From Balanoglossus misakiensis (Eukaryota; Animalia; Hemichordata): a DNA stretch of 64,000 nucleotides. The stretch is taken from positions 5,592,202 to 5,656,201 of the forward strand of contig CM082588.2 of the NCBI GenBank assembly GCA_040954595.2, given 5' to 3'. A program made the position numbers and the translations under genes. The first letter of the stretch is position 1. Every line of letters begins with the position of its first letter. The notes under the pieces are model-generated. The model did not search any database, had not been told where the DNA came from, and worked only from the letters and a program-made list of their open reading frames with translations. Below are positions 39,335 to 53,876 of the stretch, piece after piece.

Positions 39335-40314
39335 GGGGCAAATTGGCCGTACGCACCATGTGTCAATCTGTGTGGGGAAAAGTTGTTTTGTTTTAACTTA
39401 TAAACTGTTGATAAGTGACTTCCATTTGTAGGACAAATGCTTAATACATGTATATTATCAAGAGTGTTTCGAAAGAAATATTGTATTCACACAAACAAAT
39501 GAAGGCTTATTATACGCATTTTAAAGAACCTTCACTTTTTATGTGATATCAATAAAATGATTTAGAAATATGTTATTTCGACATTTTGTGTTCAATCCAA
39601 TGGAAAAGAACAAATATGGGTCCCACTCCTTTCAGTGAGAAACGTCAAAAGAAGTACTCACAGACCACAAACTTAGGAGAAAACTTTTATTGACTAAAGA
39701 AAATTCACACAATGGCATGACATGACACAGCATGTATGTCTTTTGTGTTTGTAAGTTTGTGTACGTACGTGTTGTATATTTTAAAGTCGCTGTCATAAAC
39801 CCCTCTTTCTCTCAGGGGCTTAAGTTTCGTCGCAAAAATAGAAAAGTTTATGTCAAATTTTAAAGCATTTCATAAGAAAGTACATCCTTCTGGAAAAAAA
39901 ATGTGTCCAAAAAAAATTGTCGAATACCTGGCATTTCAGTTTTTTTTGGACAGGAAAAATAACTTACAAATTGGGCCAAAGTACAATTTTGGCAGGCAAC
40001 AACATAAATTTACATCTCTGTACTTAAACTAATGTGGACAGGGCACTATGATAGTTGCACTAATTTCTCTGATGTGAAAATGGAAAGTGTGAAAGGCCCT
40101 TCAAATTTTCAGCTCAATTTTCAAAGCCATGGCACTATTTCTTGCCCCCCCCTTACAAGCTGCTGTATATCCCTGAGGCTACGTGATACCCCCCCCCCCC
40201 CCCCCTTAATTCATACCAGAGCTAGCAGGCCCATGTTGGAACCATAAATGGAACACCCATACAAGGTTTGTCTTTTGAACCCAATCTTCAAACACTAATA
40301 CCCATGTGCTTAAT

Positions 40315-40406
40315 ATAACCCTTGCACCCCCTTTCTCTCTGCAGTGGTCTACCCTAACCACAGAAAACAATAGATTTGGACAAAACCATGGTGGCAAAAG
40401 GGTTAA
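40315..40406. mobile_element. Copy of the piggyBac-like MITE
   Basis: ataacccttgcaccc...cagaaaacaatagatttggacaaaaccatggtggcaaaagggttaa. Confidence 0.65.
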
Positions 40407-40555
40407 ACTTAAAAAAAGTAAACCATGCCTACATGAAAGATGTTACGCTTGAAAAATGAAAATTTCTGAAATAAAAAAGCTCCACGCTGTCCACATTGGT
40501 TGAAGTCTGATACATCAACTTGAAGGCCAAATTAATTTAATTCGCCATGACCAAT

Positions 40556-40647
40556 GAACCCTTCCACCCCTGCATCACTGAAAATGGTTCGAGCCTGCCA
40601 CTGACGGCAATGTGGTAGAAACCACGTAAGCGCAGGGAAAGGGGTAA
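40556..40647. mobile_element. Diverged MITE copy
   Basis: aacccttccacccctgc...gcagggaaaggggtaa; same length and inverted termini. Confidence 0.45.
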
Positions 40648-42048
40648 ATTTGTCTCTCCTGCTGCTGCCCTTCATGTCAGATGCACCATCTCACAAATAT
40701 TGTTGTATGCTTGGAATCGGTGAAAAAAATTCACAAATCTCTATGTAAATATCATGGATGCGGAGAGTATGGCGATTGTGAATTTCGAAAAATAAAAGAA
40801 CAGGAGTTGCCATGGAAACGGCAACTGACAAGTCAAAGCCATCATTACATCGGAAACCGACTATAAAAGGCCTACATCATCACCATTCTAGTCAACTCAC
40901 TTAGTGCAGAACAGTGTTTTGGAGTTGTGAAGACAAAATACAGTATGGGGAAAACAATTAACAAGCAGAGATCTGTGTTTCAGTAATTTACAATCAACAT
41001 CACTTGAATAATTTTTAGCAATTCAAGCACCTTGTGTCACAGTTGGAATATCCCCCTTTGTTTCGAATCTTTTGTTTTCCACGGATAATCAAATGTTGCA
41101 GCATTTACAGGTCACAAAATAAACCCTTGAGGACAGTCAATTGTGATTACGAAGAGAGTTCAGAATCACAAAACGGGCCAAACTTGTCAAAGGTCAAAAA
41201 CTGCTATAATCTGACCGGTATAACAACTCTATTTGAGAATGACATCATACTTTGACCTCTGACATGAATGGCTGACACAGTGTCAAGATGCTCAGTTGAA
41301 GGGTAACTAAATTATGAAAATTAACACGACTAAATCACAAACAAAAATCTCTGTTCAAATGTGAATTAAAGAAGGTCTGGGATGCAGAACAAGAGACTCC
41401 ACAATTTGATTTCATCTGACTTCTGTCAAATCCAAACACAATACCCCTCAGGCAAATTGTCCATATCCCGTATCGGTCAAGACCATTCTTAGCAAAAAAA
41501 GAAAAAGAAAAAAAAAGAAACATGCATTTTGTCAACACAAACAAAACAGAAACAGTATTGCAACATCCCTTTCCATCTAGAGGAAAACATTTTAGAGGAA
41601 ATTCTACTTCAATTTTAGATAATTGTAAAAAGCATTTCTCACTTTACAAATGTCGTCGGAATTGCTGCTTTTTTCATGACCTCTGGACAACTGACGAGAA
41701 CTTGCGAATGTTACTCACTGATTCTGAAGAAAATATACATTATCATGTTTCAGCCGGTTGGGCCTGATGAAATCAAGCAATGCGTTTGTGCTAAAACTGA
41801 CCAGCAGTGAAAACGACTTATGTTGGTGTTAATAACATCTCTTGAAAACCTCATCAGTTCTCCACTTGCATGAAAACACCAGCAATGCTAACAAACATTC
41901 ACAATATTTAATAAATTATTGGAAAGCTTGGTTGATTAAACTGCAGGAGGCTTAAGATAGGGGAAAATCTGGAAATTTACACTGTTTTTTTTAATGATAT
42001 CCCATCTTCAACAGGAAGTACCCTGTGGTTATTGGGATAATCTACAGT

Positions 42049-42131
42049 CACCCCTAATTCCCAGCTAATGGATCATGCCATGTCAATGAAAACTGTGGAT
42101 TTGGATCAACCCATGGTGGTGAAGGGGGTTG
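42049..42131. mobile_element. Diverged MITE copy
   Basis: ...aatgaaaactgtggatttggatcaacccatggtggtgaagggggttg, matching the family's 3' half. Confidence 0.55.
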
Positions 42132-45100
42132 AGGGAAGTCACTTATAGTCACGTTTTCACCACACAATCTAGACATGAAATATTTGTAAGTAAGCTAGAT
42201 CCAATGGACAGTACAGTGTGTACTGTTACTATGCTGTTAACCTCACAAGCCTCCATGCATTTTTTGTGACCTTTAAGCAGGGAAAACATATTCATGTACA
42301 TTGTTATTTTTTTCAACGAGCCTACCAAACCGCCATGGCAAGTGTCAATACCAACACAAATATGCAAGAATAATTCAACAACCTCATCAAAAATTATTTC
42401 ACAAGATACAACGCAGCAAGGTAAAAAAAAATTACCACTTTTGTATTTAATTCTGTACAAAATAATAAAAAAAGATTCTCGTGTCTCAGGATAGTTAATC
42501 TGTAGATCGGAGGGTACCTACTGTGTCAGTTTGGTTGACTGCTCGAAGAAATTCTCGCATCAGCCCCTTCAAGACCGACTGTGCAAGTTAACTGTAACAC
42601 TGCATTCCCCCCTCCCACCCGCCCCATTTGGAATGGCCCTCATAGTATCTCCCAAATCTAGCTAATTCCTTCGTAGGAAGGGGGTAAATTCATATAAAAT
42701 TAGTCAAATGTACACAAAAGAGACCACATCTGCAATATATACTCATCTGGTGACAATTTGTATCTACAAAGAATTTTTTTCAAATGTAATATTGAAACTT
42801 TTGTGGAAAACATTTTTTTCTTTAAAACTTCTTTTAAGAATAGGGCAGAACGATGATTGCATAGTTTTTATTTTACTTTTCAAAGTTTTTGCTTTTATTT
42901 TTCGCATAAAATATCTGGAAATGTGAACGGGGAGAGTTTCTGGTAGTGGATTTCTCTAAACTTGGCCCAAAATTTTCAAACAGAGTTATTTTTCAATTTT
43001 ACTTTAAGATTTCGTCACACATACAGATACAGAGGACGTTGACCTGTCTACAGTCCCTGTCGTGTCCCAGTAGGGGGGCAGCTCTGCCCCTCGAGGCAGG
43101 GTCCTCTCCCCCCGTACTGATGTGTAAATGTCATACTGTCAGTGTCGTGTATGCGCGTATGTGTGAGGTGGTTTGCATGTTTGCATGCATGTGGGTTGCT
43201 GTATGCAATGTGTGTATGCGTGCTTAGAATGAAGTGATAATCAAAGGCCTCCAACGAAAAAAAAAAAATGTTTCGCCTGCTCTGATTGGCTTGGTTGCAA
43301 GCAACACCGACCGAAATTCCTTCAGCCAGCCAACTGCCATTAGGGTTATAGAAGGACCCCAGGTAACCATACATGCATATGTATGCCATATTCTGATTGG
43401 TCAAAAAATTAATTAACTACTTAATTCTGCATAACACAAGCCAATCAAGATTCCCAATTCAATCCATATCATACTGGCGAGGTGTTTCATTGGAGGCCTT
43501 ATATTGGAGATGGTATTCTAACCAAGATACCACAACGCACACAATTAAATTTTTTTTTTTGGTTCCAAAAGCTGCTGATCTGGTTCTTGTCTACCCATCT
43601 CTCAAGAGTCGTTGATCAAAAACATCCCACCCACTGGCCACCTGGTGACATATCAACAAATGATAATTCTTTTCTCTGGATTTAGTGCAAGTTCCTCAAA
43701 AAGGCTGCTCTTTCCTTCCACAATACGGCCCCCTTTTTAAATGTGTGAAACTCACCAATCATTGTTAGAAAAGCAATTACCAATGGTTGTCATCTGGCTG
43801 TTAGTGTGTATGTGCCCAACATCATAAATCTCAGATCATAAATTCACCGAAATAAAACACTCAATCACAATTTAGAACACACGCTTTCTTTACAATACCC
43901 CCAACATCACTGTAGATTTCCGGCTCATATTCAATATTCAATTTAACAGACTGACCAAGTTTCTACACAATCCTAAATCGTGAACATGCAGATGTTTGAA
44001 ACAGTTGGTCACACAGGACAGATTTGGAAGGTTCACAGATCCCAGGTGGGCTTCCAGTTTCCCAGATCAGCAGCTTTTGCAAAAATTAACACCAAAGACT
44101 CCTTATAAATATTACAATTATTAACAAACACCCTACATATAAATGACACCTGGACTTTTTGAAGTAAACTCTTAATATCGAGACTTACAGAACTAAACAA
44201 ATTTTTCTTCTGATTATTCAGGTTTGTACCATTATTTTTTTTTTCACACTTTGGCATTGGTTAAATATCAACCAACAGAAATTAATTTAATTATGATTGA
44301 TACAGTAATATTTTGAGTTCTGGTTTATAGTTTTTGACTTTTTGAAATTTAGATATTTGATTCTGTCCAAGTGTCAAGTATTCGCACATTACATTCTCTG
44401 CTTCGATATAAGAAGTCTTGGTACAAGTCTTAACTTGAACCTTGCTAAAAACAAAAAAACAACATTGGATAAGAAAAATATGACCGGGGAAAAAAGACAA
44501 AATATACAATACTACAGAGCAACTTCTGAGGAAAAATTCTGATCGTGTGAATAAAACAAAACAAGATTTGACATCATGAAACTTGCACTGGGCATTGCCA
44601 AACATTTCAAATCAAGACCCCAACTGAACTATGTAAAAATGCTCACACCACGTCATGTCTGAGACATTTTAGCAAAACAACAATTTCCATTTTTCCAAAT
44701 TTGTCATAGCAAGGTTCAAGCAAAGGTTGATTTCACCTGTTTCCTCAAATCATACAAGAAATACGCTTTTCTTTCAAATTAAGCTAAACTTGCTAGTTGA
44801 AACTTTACAATTGCAATTTTTTTTTTCAAGTTTTTACATTTTTTACTGATTTTTTTTAATCTGGTTTTCAACTCTCATACCTTATTGATTTCTTTAACCT
44901 GGAACTCAATCCTGGTATAACCACATAAAGGATTACTGGTTAATCATGAATTTCAAGGTTATTCATTATAATAAGCCTGTGAGATAATTGGGGTGTCTCA
45001 TTCTTTTGTTTCTAAATTAGGCCCATTTTATTACGTGCCTGCCTATTTGCATACTTAATCATGAAGAGCTGTTTTTTCTTCTTCTGGGAAGTGGGTTAAA

Positions 45101-46066
45101 AATAAATGACGGTTTCCTCTGTCATTCTAATTTTGCTGTGGATAATTGGAGCAGTCCGATTTATATCTGTGATAAGTAGTCATATTGAGAACATGAAACA
45201 GCACCATTTCTATGGAATTTATTTTTGAGAAATAATTTCTCTCCGGCAACATTCATTGCTTTACACTGAAATTCTTCAGATAATTCCGACCGAGCATTGC
45301 TTTGGTGGAACAACAGGATTGGTTGAATGTTGTTTGGAGAGAGAGAGAAAATATCTAACATTCTGCAACAATTACTGTGTTGTGACGGTAGGAACCACCA
45401 CACGCACATCTGGGAAAATGAGATTCTGGATAATAAAAAAAAGACAGAGTTCTTTTCTTCTTGATTAATTTTAAATTTTACTCCAACTCTTCCCGGTTAA
45501 TAGTAAAAGGCACGCATTCAGATTTTGAAAATGATGGAGCTTTAAATTTGTTTGAAAACCAACTTTTTTTCTCTACTGGTGTCTGTGTGCGAGAGAGACA
45601 CCATCTAAGTTTTCCAGGTTTCAGCAACAGCTGTTCAAGCAAACTTGATCAGTCTAAAGTTTCAGTAATTTTTTGCTTTTCTACATCAGCAACAGTTCGC
45701 TAACGGACACCTTTTCTCTTGAATGACGTTTATGGTTTTCGACAAGACGACGAGTGTAAATACATGCACATATTTGGGTATGAGTAGGGGTTTTAAAATG
45801 TCAGCAAAAAGAAAAAAGACATCAGTGAAGAAGGCCTTCTTCCTTGCACTAGGAGTGCTTTTCATGGAAGTTCTCAGGTTTGTACTTCCATGCACTGGCA
45901 ACGTGTATTTAGTCTGACGGTAGTCTGATTTGCTTTCGACTACAATCTTGCAGAAAATAGGGTGGGATACACTACACCACCACGGTGTAGAAGTAAGGGC
46001 AGGTGAAACGATAAAAAGGGGGGTAAAAAATAAAGAGGTCCGCGTGATTTACACAGTCGTCTTCTT

Positions 46067-49000
46067 CTAAAACTGGAACCCTCCCATTGGTTCGTTTTCC
46101 GGTGCGCCGAACTGGAACTGTTCTGCGTTTTGATCCACCGGGGGTGCGATTTTCGCGTCTTCCTCCTCCGAGCCGAAGAAGTGTTCAATGATGTCGAAGG
46201 CCTTCTGATAGATGTCTTGGTTTTCGTGGCTCTGTAGGAATTCTATCTTGTCCAAACCTGTCGAGGAAGAAATAATTGATCTCAGTGCAATGTCAGGGTA
46301 ACCTACAAAGGACATCAGGGCAAAGATGGCTGTCTTTTTTTTTTTCACGGACAGAAATCTTGAGTATATGTGTGTGGATTTCAAGTAGATTTTCAGTACA
46401 CATGGTTTTTTTTAGGAAACAATTTCACTTTAACCCAATGCATAGAACAAAGTCTCACCATAACAGTCTTCAATCATGACAGCATATTGATTGACTCCAC
46501 CGACGGCCTTTGACTGTTGTTCTCCGAGTCGTAGGATGCTTTCCAATCCATTGAGGGCGACTTGGACGATCTTAGAATCCATGACCGTCAGCAAATCACA
46601 CAGGGGTTGGATGGCTCCTTGGTCGATGATAAATCTGTTATCAGGCAAGGGAAAAAATAGAAAAAAAAATAATTATGATTCATGTTGTGTGTAGTACTAT
46701 CTGTAATCTCTTCATAACACAACACAAGACAAATCAGCACAACACAACAGCGCACAGAACAACGCAATGCAACACAGCACAGCACAAATAAAACGCAATG
46801 CGATGCAGTGCACCATAGCATATCAGAGCATAGCATAGCACAACACGCAGGTGTCTTTGATCGTTCTATATAATGCACAAAGGCAGCTACTCCTTTTCAG
46901 CATGTCCTGCCAACTTACTTGATTTGGTCGGGCGTTCCCCCTGACAAGGCGTTGGTGATGGCCCATGCAGCTTCTTTCCTCGTTTTGAACTCGGCTTTTC
47001 CAAGGATGTCGATCAACACTGGCACGATGTTGGAATCAATCACAGCCTGGAAGAGTATTGTACATACGGAATGAAAAGGTGATCGCCAACAGATGGAATG
47101 AAATTACAGTAATTATTAGCCAACAATCAAATCTACTGGCTTTTTCGGAAGTGTGAAATTATCTCTGTCAAAGGTACGTAACCACTGACCTGTATCTGTT
47201 GCCTGTTTCCAGCGGTTATGTTTGAAATCGTCCAGCACGCCTCTTTCCTGATGGATTCTTTGTGGCTGCTCAGCAGATGAAGTAGGCATGGCAACGCGCC
47301 ACAGTTGAGGATAACCTGCAATGACAAAAGCTCCATCATTTCGCACATTGTTGCTGTTTTTCTGCCCATGCCCATGTGCTAACTACATGCATTTTAAATC
47401 CTGATTTAAATAATAAATAAAAATATGTTTAACTTTTTTCAGCTTACCTGTGTCTGAACATCATCGCCTGTGACTATATTTCCCACAGCTCTGAGTGCTG
47501 ATGACACAACACTTTTACTAGTGTGCCTGTGGAAAGATCAAATGGCATAAAGTTCACTCTTGAATGAAATCGGGAGAAAATGAATAACATTTCAACAACG
47601 AAACTTCAATCAAATAAACACAGACAGCTGTATAAAAAATAATAAAACAACGTATGTACTCACATGAGCAGTTCAACTAGTCTCCTACAAACACCGCTAT
47701 CGATAACTGCCTGAATCTTTTCGTTAGGCCCGTCTGACAGATACGACAGAGCCCAGCAGGCGTCGGCCAACACATCGGCGTCATTGCTGAAGAGGAGTCG
47801 GGACAAGACCGGCAGACAGGGCGACACTTTGTTAAAGTCTGGCGGTGGATTCTTGCCTCGACACAGATTCGACAGTGCCCACACGGCATTCCTGGTCATT
47901 GAGAGTCTACTGGATTTTGTGAGAAGCTGCAGAAGGGGAACTAGAATACCGCAATCTAAGACGTAATCCCTGGAGTCCGGGCTGTCGCCCGCAATATTTC
48001 CTAAAGCCCACACAGCCTGCAAGCAAGCAAAAAAATACATCAGTATCTTCTGGTCAATTGTGTGCATACTGTTGATCCAACAATCCTCAGTACAGTGGCC
48101 ATTTCAAGCCCTGTACAAAGCAATTACTTGCAACTACTGGTTTCTTATCTTTCATGCAATGAGACAATGCAAAAGAAACAATTTTTTTATTCAGTTATGC
48201 ACATACTGTTAATCTAACAATCCTCAGTACAGTGGTCATGTTGAACCCTGTGTCCACAACTAACAGTACATGCAAGTACACAGCATATATCTCTGCTTTT
48301 CTGCTGTAGCCAAGAGAAATTCCTCACCTGTTCTTGCACATCGTCATACTCTGAGGCCAGCAGCTGTATGAAGATGGGCACCGCGCCCGCCTCTATCACC
48401 ACGCCAGTTTGTAACGTGGTGCCTGAGGCAATATTAGTTAGAGCCCATGCTGCTTCAAACTGTAAGGGAGAGAAATGGAAATATAACTCTTAGTGTCTAC
48501 ATTCCTTAAAATATGCTAATAATATGCAATGTATCTGAGTGGTTATTAGTGAGAACACACACACTAACGCTGCCAGGAACAAGTAGGCCAGGTGAATGGC
48601 GATAACGTCCACAGACATTTGTCACACTACCTACCTGTAATGTACAATTTCCTTGTTTTTGTAAAAACTCTACAAACCGGGGTACAACTCGGCATTGGAT
48701 GACTTCGTCAATGGGTGGGTTGGGTTCTGAAATGTCAAAGGTAAATTGAATTTCTGTCAACAAAAGCCAAGTCAGAGCTGATCTTTTGTTGATTTTATAC
48801 TTAGAAGCAAACTGTCATTCAATATCACAAGCATTCTAAATCAGTACATGCATTGAGTTCACAGTCCTGCCACACATTTCTACGTCAGCAATTTTCAAGA
48901 TGTATCTTTTTAAATATACGAGCTCACAAAACTGTACAGGATCAAGCTTTGCCTCGGCTTACCTCTGGATAAAAGTTTTCGAAATTTGTGAATGGCTGAC

Positions 49001-49993
49001 AGTTGTTGTTCCACGTCTTCACTATTTATAGCTTGCAACATTTCTGGGGTGACACATCTTTGCTGCAAGGATAAAATTATTTTTCAGTTTCACTAAAATG
49101 AACATCTCAGATCGATATCCATTCATTCAACCCTCCTACTTCAGAAGACAGTCTCGTTATTCCTGCGATCATATTACTATGCCTCTGGGGCTACACAAGA
49201 TACATCAGCCAGGCAGATTAATGGCTTGCCCTGAGGCTGTACACACAGTCATACCACGCAGGGTGTCATTACAGAAGACATGTATCGATGTTTGTCATCT
49301 TTGTCAGTGTTACAGTACGTTGCTCTAACACAGTCTCATCTTGCTCGCATGAGCAGAATCCACAATTTCACAGATCGGGGGGATGGGTTGGGGTTTAGGT
49401 GCTCCAAGGAATGTAGCATGCCCTCACTTGTACACAGTACGTGAAATTCTTATATCTCGTGACAAATAATTTTAATAAACATAACGGATATTGTCGCATA
49501 AAAACAATATATTCTTTCATAGTTCACATTTTAATTGATGTATCCTTTTCTTGGCAGTAACAATCAAAGGTTGACATTATGACTTTTCTTGCCCATGCAA
49601 CTGATTACCCCTGAGACTTGTTAGTGCAGTGATTAGCAGGGGTCAGAGGTCAACTCACCTGGATTGCTGATGATGAAGTGACTGTGCTATCTTGCAGCAG
49701 GGAAGCGGGTTCTGTTGGCACATCGACATTACGGCGTTTAAACAACTTAAAGAGAAAGGGAAAGCTCAAGTCATTAATATTTCTTCACCAGCAGACACAT
49801 ATAGTCCCCATAGATGATATGACCAATACATTACAACGAATCACAACCATCAGAAATGACTCACTTGCTGTTCTCGTTTCTGTTTTCTTAACTGTACGCC
49901 CTCTTCCTCCCTCCTTCTCCTCATCTCTTCTGGATTCAACGCTTTGTTCTTATATGCTTTCAGTCGCAAGTTGTCTTTATTTGGACTCGCCAT
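46067..49993 (-). CDS. KPNA6: Importin subunit alpha, KPNA1/KPNA5/KPNA6 clade
   Basis: Exons 49865-49993, 49659-49745, 48963-49062, 48635-48726, 48328-48459, 47664-48016, 47448-47526, 47190-47315, 46919-47046, 46459-46634, 46067-46257. IBB domain [45 protein letters not shown] repeats ([39 protein letters not shown]), and C-terminal [26 protein letters not shown]. Likely co-ortholog of all three human genes, so the symbol is nominal. Confidence 0.96.
46716..46846. repeat. Degenerate pentanucleotide repeat (CACAA/CACAG/CATAG)n in a KPNA intron
   Basis: aacac aacac aagac..cagca cagca..catag catag; explains the Cys-rich ORF at 46588-46878. Confidence 0.85.
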
Positions 49994-52900
49994 GGTGGAC
50001 AAATCTACAAGAGAAACAGACAACGCTCAAAATATTACCTCTGTATCTACCGGTACATTTCCTCAATTATTTCAACTAATATCAGTATCAATTGAATGAT
50101 TACACTCATGGACTTTCACAATGAGCTTCTGCTAAATTTAGCCGAGCTGAGTAATAAGACATTCCCATTTATTTCAGAGAGACATGCTACTATTGCTAGA
50201 GATCACAACACAGACGTCATAAAAATAACTGTCTGTGGTTCAAGGCTGCAATCTGATTTCACAGAAAAGCCCCCTTTTTCAGTTGATTTTTATGTTTGTC
50301 ATATACTGAATTTTGTCCACGCTATGAAAAGAGCAATCTAGGCTTACATTACCACTTATTTTTCTCCTAATTAAATTTACAGACATCAGAAAAGCCAAGG
50401 GCATGGTTTGGCGTATTACATCAAAATATGGAAAAAATATGATACTGAGTTTGTTGACATATACCCTTCACTGACCTCCACTACACCTCAATGTGCATGT
50501 ACCCAAAAGTCACGAACATGAAGTAATAGCGCAGGTCCTGACATGCACAGTTGGTTACCTCATAAATATAACATGTAATGGGAGGGTTTGACATGCAGGA
50601 TTTCCTATATAGTCTTCAGATTGCACAAATGATATAATAGGACACGTCAATTTGGGGCCACATATTACTGTTATTATGCTTGGTGAAAATTCCATGACCC
50701 CCAGTCAGCAAACATGCACACTACTTACACAGTTGAATATTGTAAACACAGATACAGACTGTCAAGGTCGCATGACTTACTAGTATAACTTACACAAAGC
50801 AAGTCAATGGCCACAGAAAACTGTTATCCTCGCTTTGTTCCATTGGCAAAACAATGGAAAATGGCACTGTATGTGTGATATCTGTTAGGGCATATTTCAT
50901 CTCACATACTTTTGTTCTCTATTGTAAACAATATCAATCGACAAATTGCTAAGGGATGCCAACATGGGATGAATACCCCTACCCCCACGAAACACTGCAG
51001 TCGCTGGGGCTTCTATATATGTACGGTACTCTATCATGTCAATTTCTCTCTTGTAAACAATCACAGATAGTGGTACCTGTGCTTACCACTGTTGTCGATT
51101 TCGCCGACTGTTCCACAGTTTTTATCCAAATTCACAACAACCATAAACACATGTATCACCTTGGACTTATCTACTTGTTTCTGACATGGTACTCACAGTC
51201 ACAAAGGAGCCACGGAAAGGAAATTGAGGTGAAGAGGTTAACAATATGATTCATGGTAATTAATTCTTTCCATTACTCAAGGAAGTCAGCAATTTCGCAC
51301 TCGGGGCTGAACGCAAAAAAGTGGTTGTGATGTCTCACTTTAAATGTTGAATTCACAGTGTCTCATATGCTTGCATAGAGCATTGCAGCATTTCTGTTAT
51401 ATTATCCAATTTCATATATTTTAGAGCTGTTCACTTCAACAAGAATGGACATCAACGCCCCATTAGCACTTTCAGTGGACAGATTCATACCTGGGGGTGA
51501 TATGAATCTGCTATTGCTAGAGGGACCCCTTTGATTTTGATTCCCCTTGATGGCAATTATGACTTCTCACCCTGAGTGTGGTACATGTATAATGATGAGT
51601 GACACAACAAGAGACAATAGGTGATATTCTGCTCATTGTGAGATCGCGCAAGACTTGGTTAGCAACTCGTGTGGTTCGGAAAATGCTTTAAACTACCTTT
51701 TCATGGTAGTGATTGTTGTTTGAGAGATGACTGCAATAATTACCATGGAGGCTGCGTAATAACAATATCTGCTGAAATCTATGGACATGCTACCTGCTGT
51801 CAATTTAGATTAACAGACCTGGACGACGGGATCCAGGCACTAAAGATGATCAATTTCCTGGCCATTTCTCTGTGTGTGTATCCAACACTTGGAATGTAGT
51901 ACCACACCAAATCTCATTCCAATTTATCAAAGACGCAATGCATGTTTAATGGGAATGGTAATTTGATTTTGACCTGTGTCAACACAAGATGAATGCCTGT
52001 ATCACTCTACACTGGCTGGCGGTAATTACAGAAACAAATTTTCTCTGGTGACAGTGACATGCAAGCTATCCAAACACACACTGTAAAATTCAAGAGTATA
52101 ATACATAATGGCCATCTGACTATACTGTACAAAACTGCAATTACCATGACCACAGTTATGCAAATCTGTAAATTTGATTCTGGGTACCATACAAAGGCTA
52201 TTGTCTTTTTTTAAAAGCAAAGCTATTGTGTAATATTTTTTCCTTACGTGGTGCAACCTTACAAAATAGTGGGTCATACTTTTTAAAATAGCATCTTATT
52301 AATTTTCATGAGAAACGGATGTCATCTACAAAACTGTGATCTTCAAATCCTTCACATTACAGTAATTCTACATGTTCTCCCCAGAAATATCAAAGAATAC
52401 AAGCCAATAGTGAATATTGAGGAAACAATAGAAATTCATTACCATAACAGTTACATTTTATGCAAACTTGTCAATATCTTATCAGAAATTCTGGCAGAGA
52501 ACACTGTAGTCCTCACCACTGGTGATAAATGAGTGTACATGTATATCAATTCAAAACACCTGTCAACACTAACATGACTCAGGCAAAAAAGCCATGTTTA
52601 CATTTTAAACTATAGGGATGGTTCCTATTGTTCATTTCATTTGCCTGTTGTTCATTACATATTTGTCATAACAAATCATAGATTTGCATCATTTGCTTCA
52701 GTAATAATTGAGGCTACACGACTGGATATGATAACTGGTGTTGCATCATGAACTGCAGGGCTTCCTTCCTGTGTTTACATGTCTCCAAGTTGTATTACCT
52801 CATCCAATGTTTATGTACACAGAAACCCATGGAGGCCTTGTGTTGGGGTCAGTGTGGTGGATTTGTCAACATTTCTATCAGCTCATTGGGGTGGTTTACT

Positions 52901-53876
52901 CAGACAGAAATACACACTGAGCAGTATGGTAATATTACTATGATTTTCATTTTCGGTTGACTTCCCAGGAACGTGAACAGAGTTGGCAAGTGACATAATT
53001 ACATTCAGGTTCCCCTTCCATCGCTACTAACATGGCACACACATGGCAAAAGGCAGGCCACAAAAAGTTGACATTCTGTCTATACCTATTATATATTTAG
53101 AGGTTATGCTACATATTAAATTCGGATCAGAACAGGCAAACATCCGCAGCCATCTTGAATTTTCTTCAGATGTCGCACTGCGGATATGAGCTAGTCTCCA
53201 CTGCCTCCTATCTGCTGACGCAGGACGTGAAGGGTTCACGTGTCCTGGGCGATAAAATCGCAGCAGAGGAGGAAGAACGAAACCTCCCTAACAAATCCGA
53301 ATATAAGATGAGCTGACATTAACAGAAAACGCCGCAAAAAGTACGTTGGTGTGAAAGGCGTGGCACGGTTTCGAAATGAAAAGTGCTAGAGGCTTCTGTA
53401 GATCGGGGTGACCTTAAAATCAACTCTCAATGAATAAACTGCGGCTTGGCCATAATATTAATGTACCACTTTCTGCAACAAATCTGTCTTCGATTACAAA
53501 GATGATTGCATTGTACAGATCTTGAGGCAGTTCCCGGACACTTAGGATCTAGCAATTCTTTCAGATGTTAACGTTTTGCTTTCTTCAAACGTCAGACTCT
53601 CGGCGAATTTGGATAACGTTACGACATCAGATGTGCGCAGCGCAAATACCGAACGAACATATGAGGCCATTCTTTGTAACCACATACGTCGTGTTTTGGG
53701 GTGCCTAGGTGTCAAACCCTGGACAATAAACCCAGCCCTTTTCATCCAAGGGAAGTCTGATAGCAGAAGAAGACATACAGTAGTCAATTAATGTGGTAGA
53801 TACGTTAAAAACTTACTTTTTCCCCTAGGTTTTCCGCGATTAACCAGCGTGTCTGTGAATTCACGGAAAATTCAAT

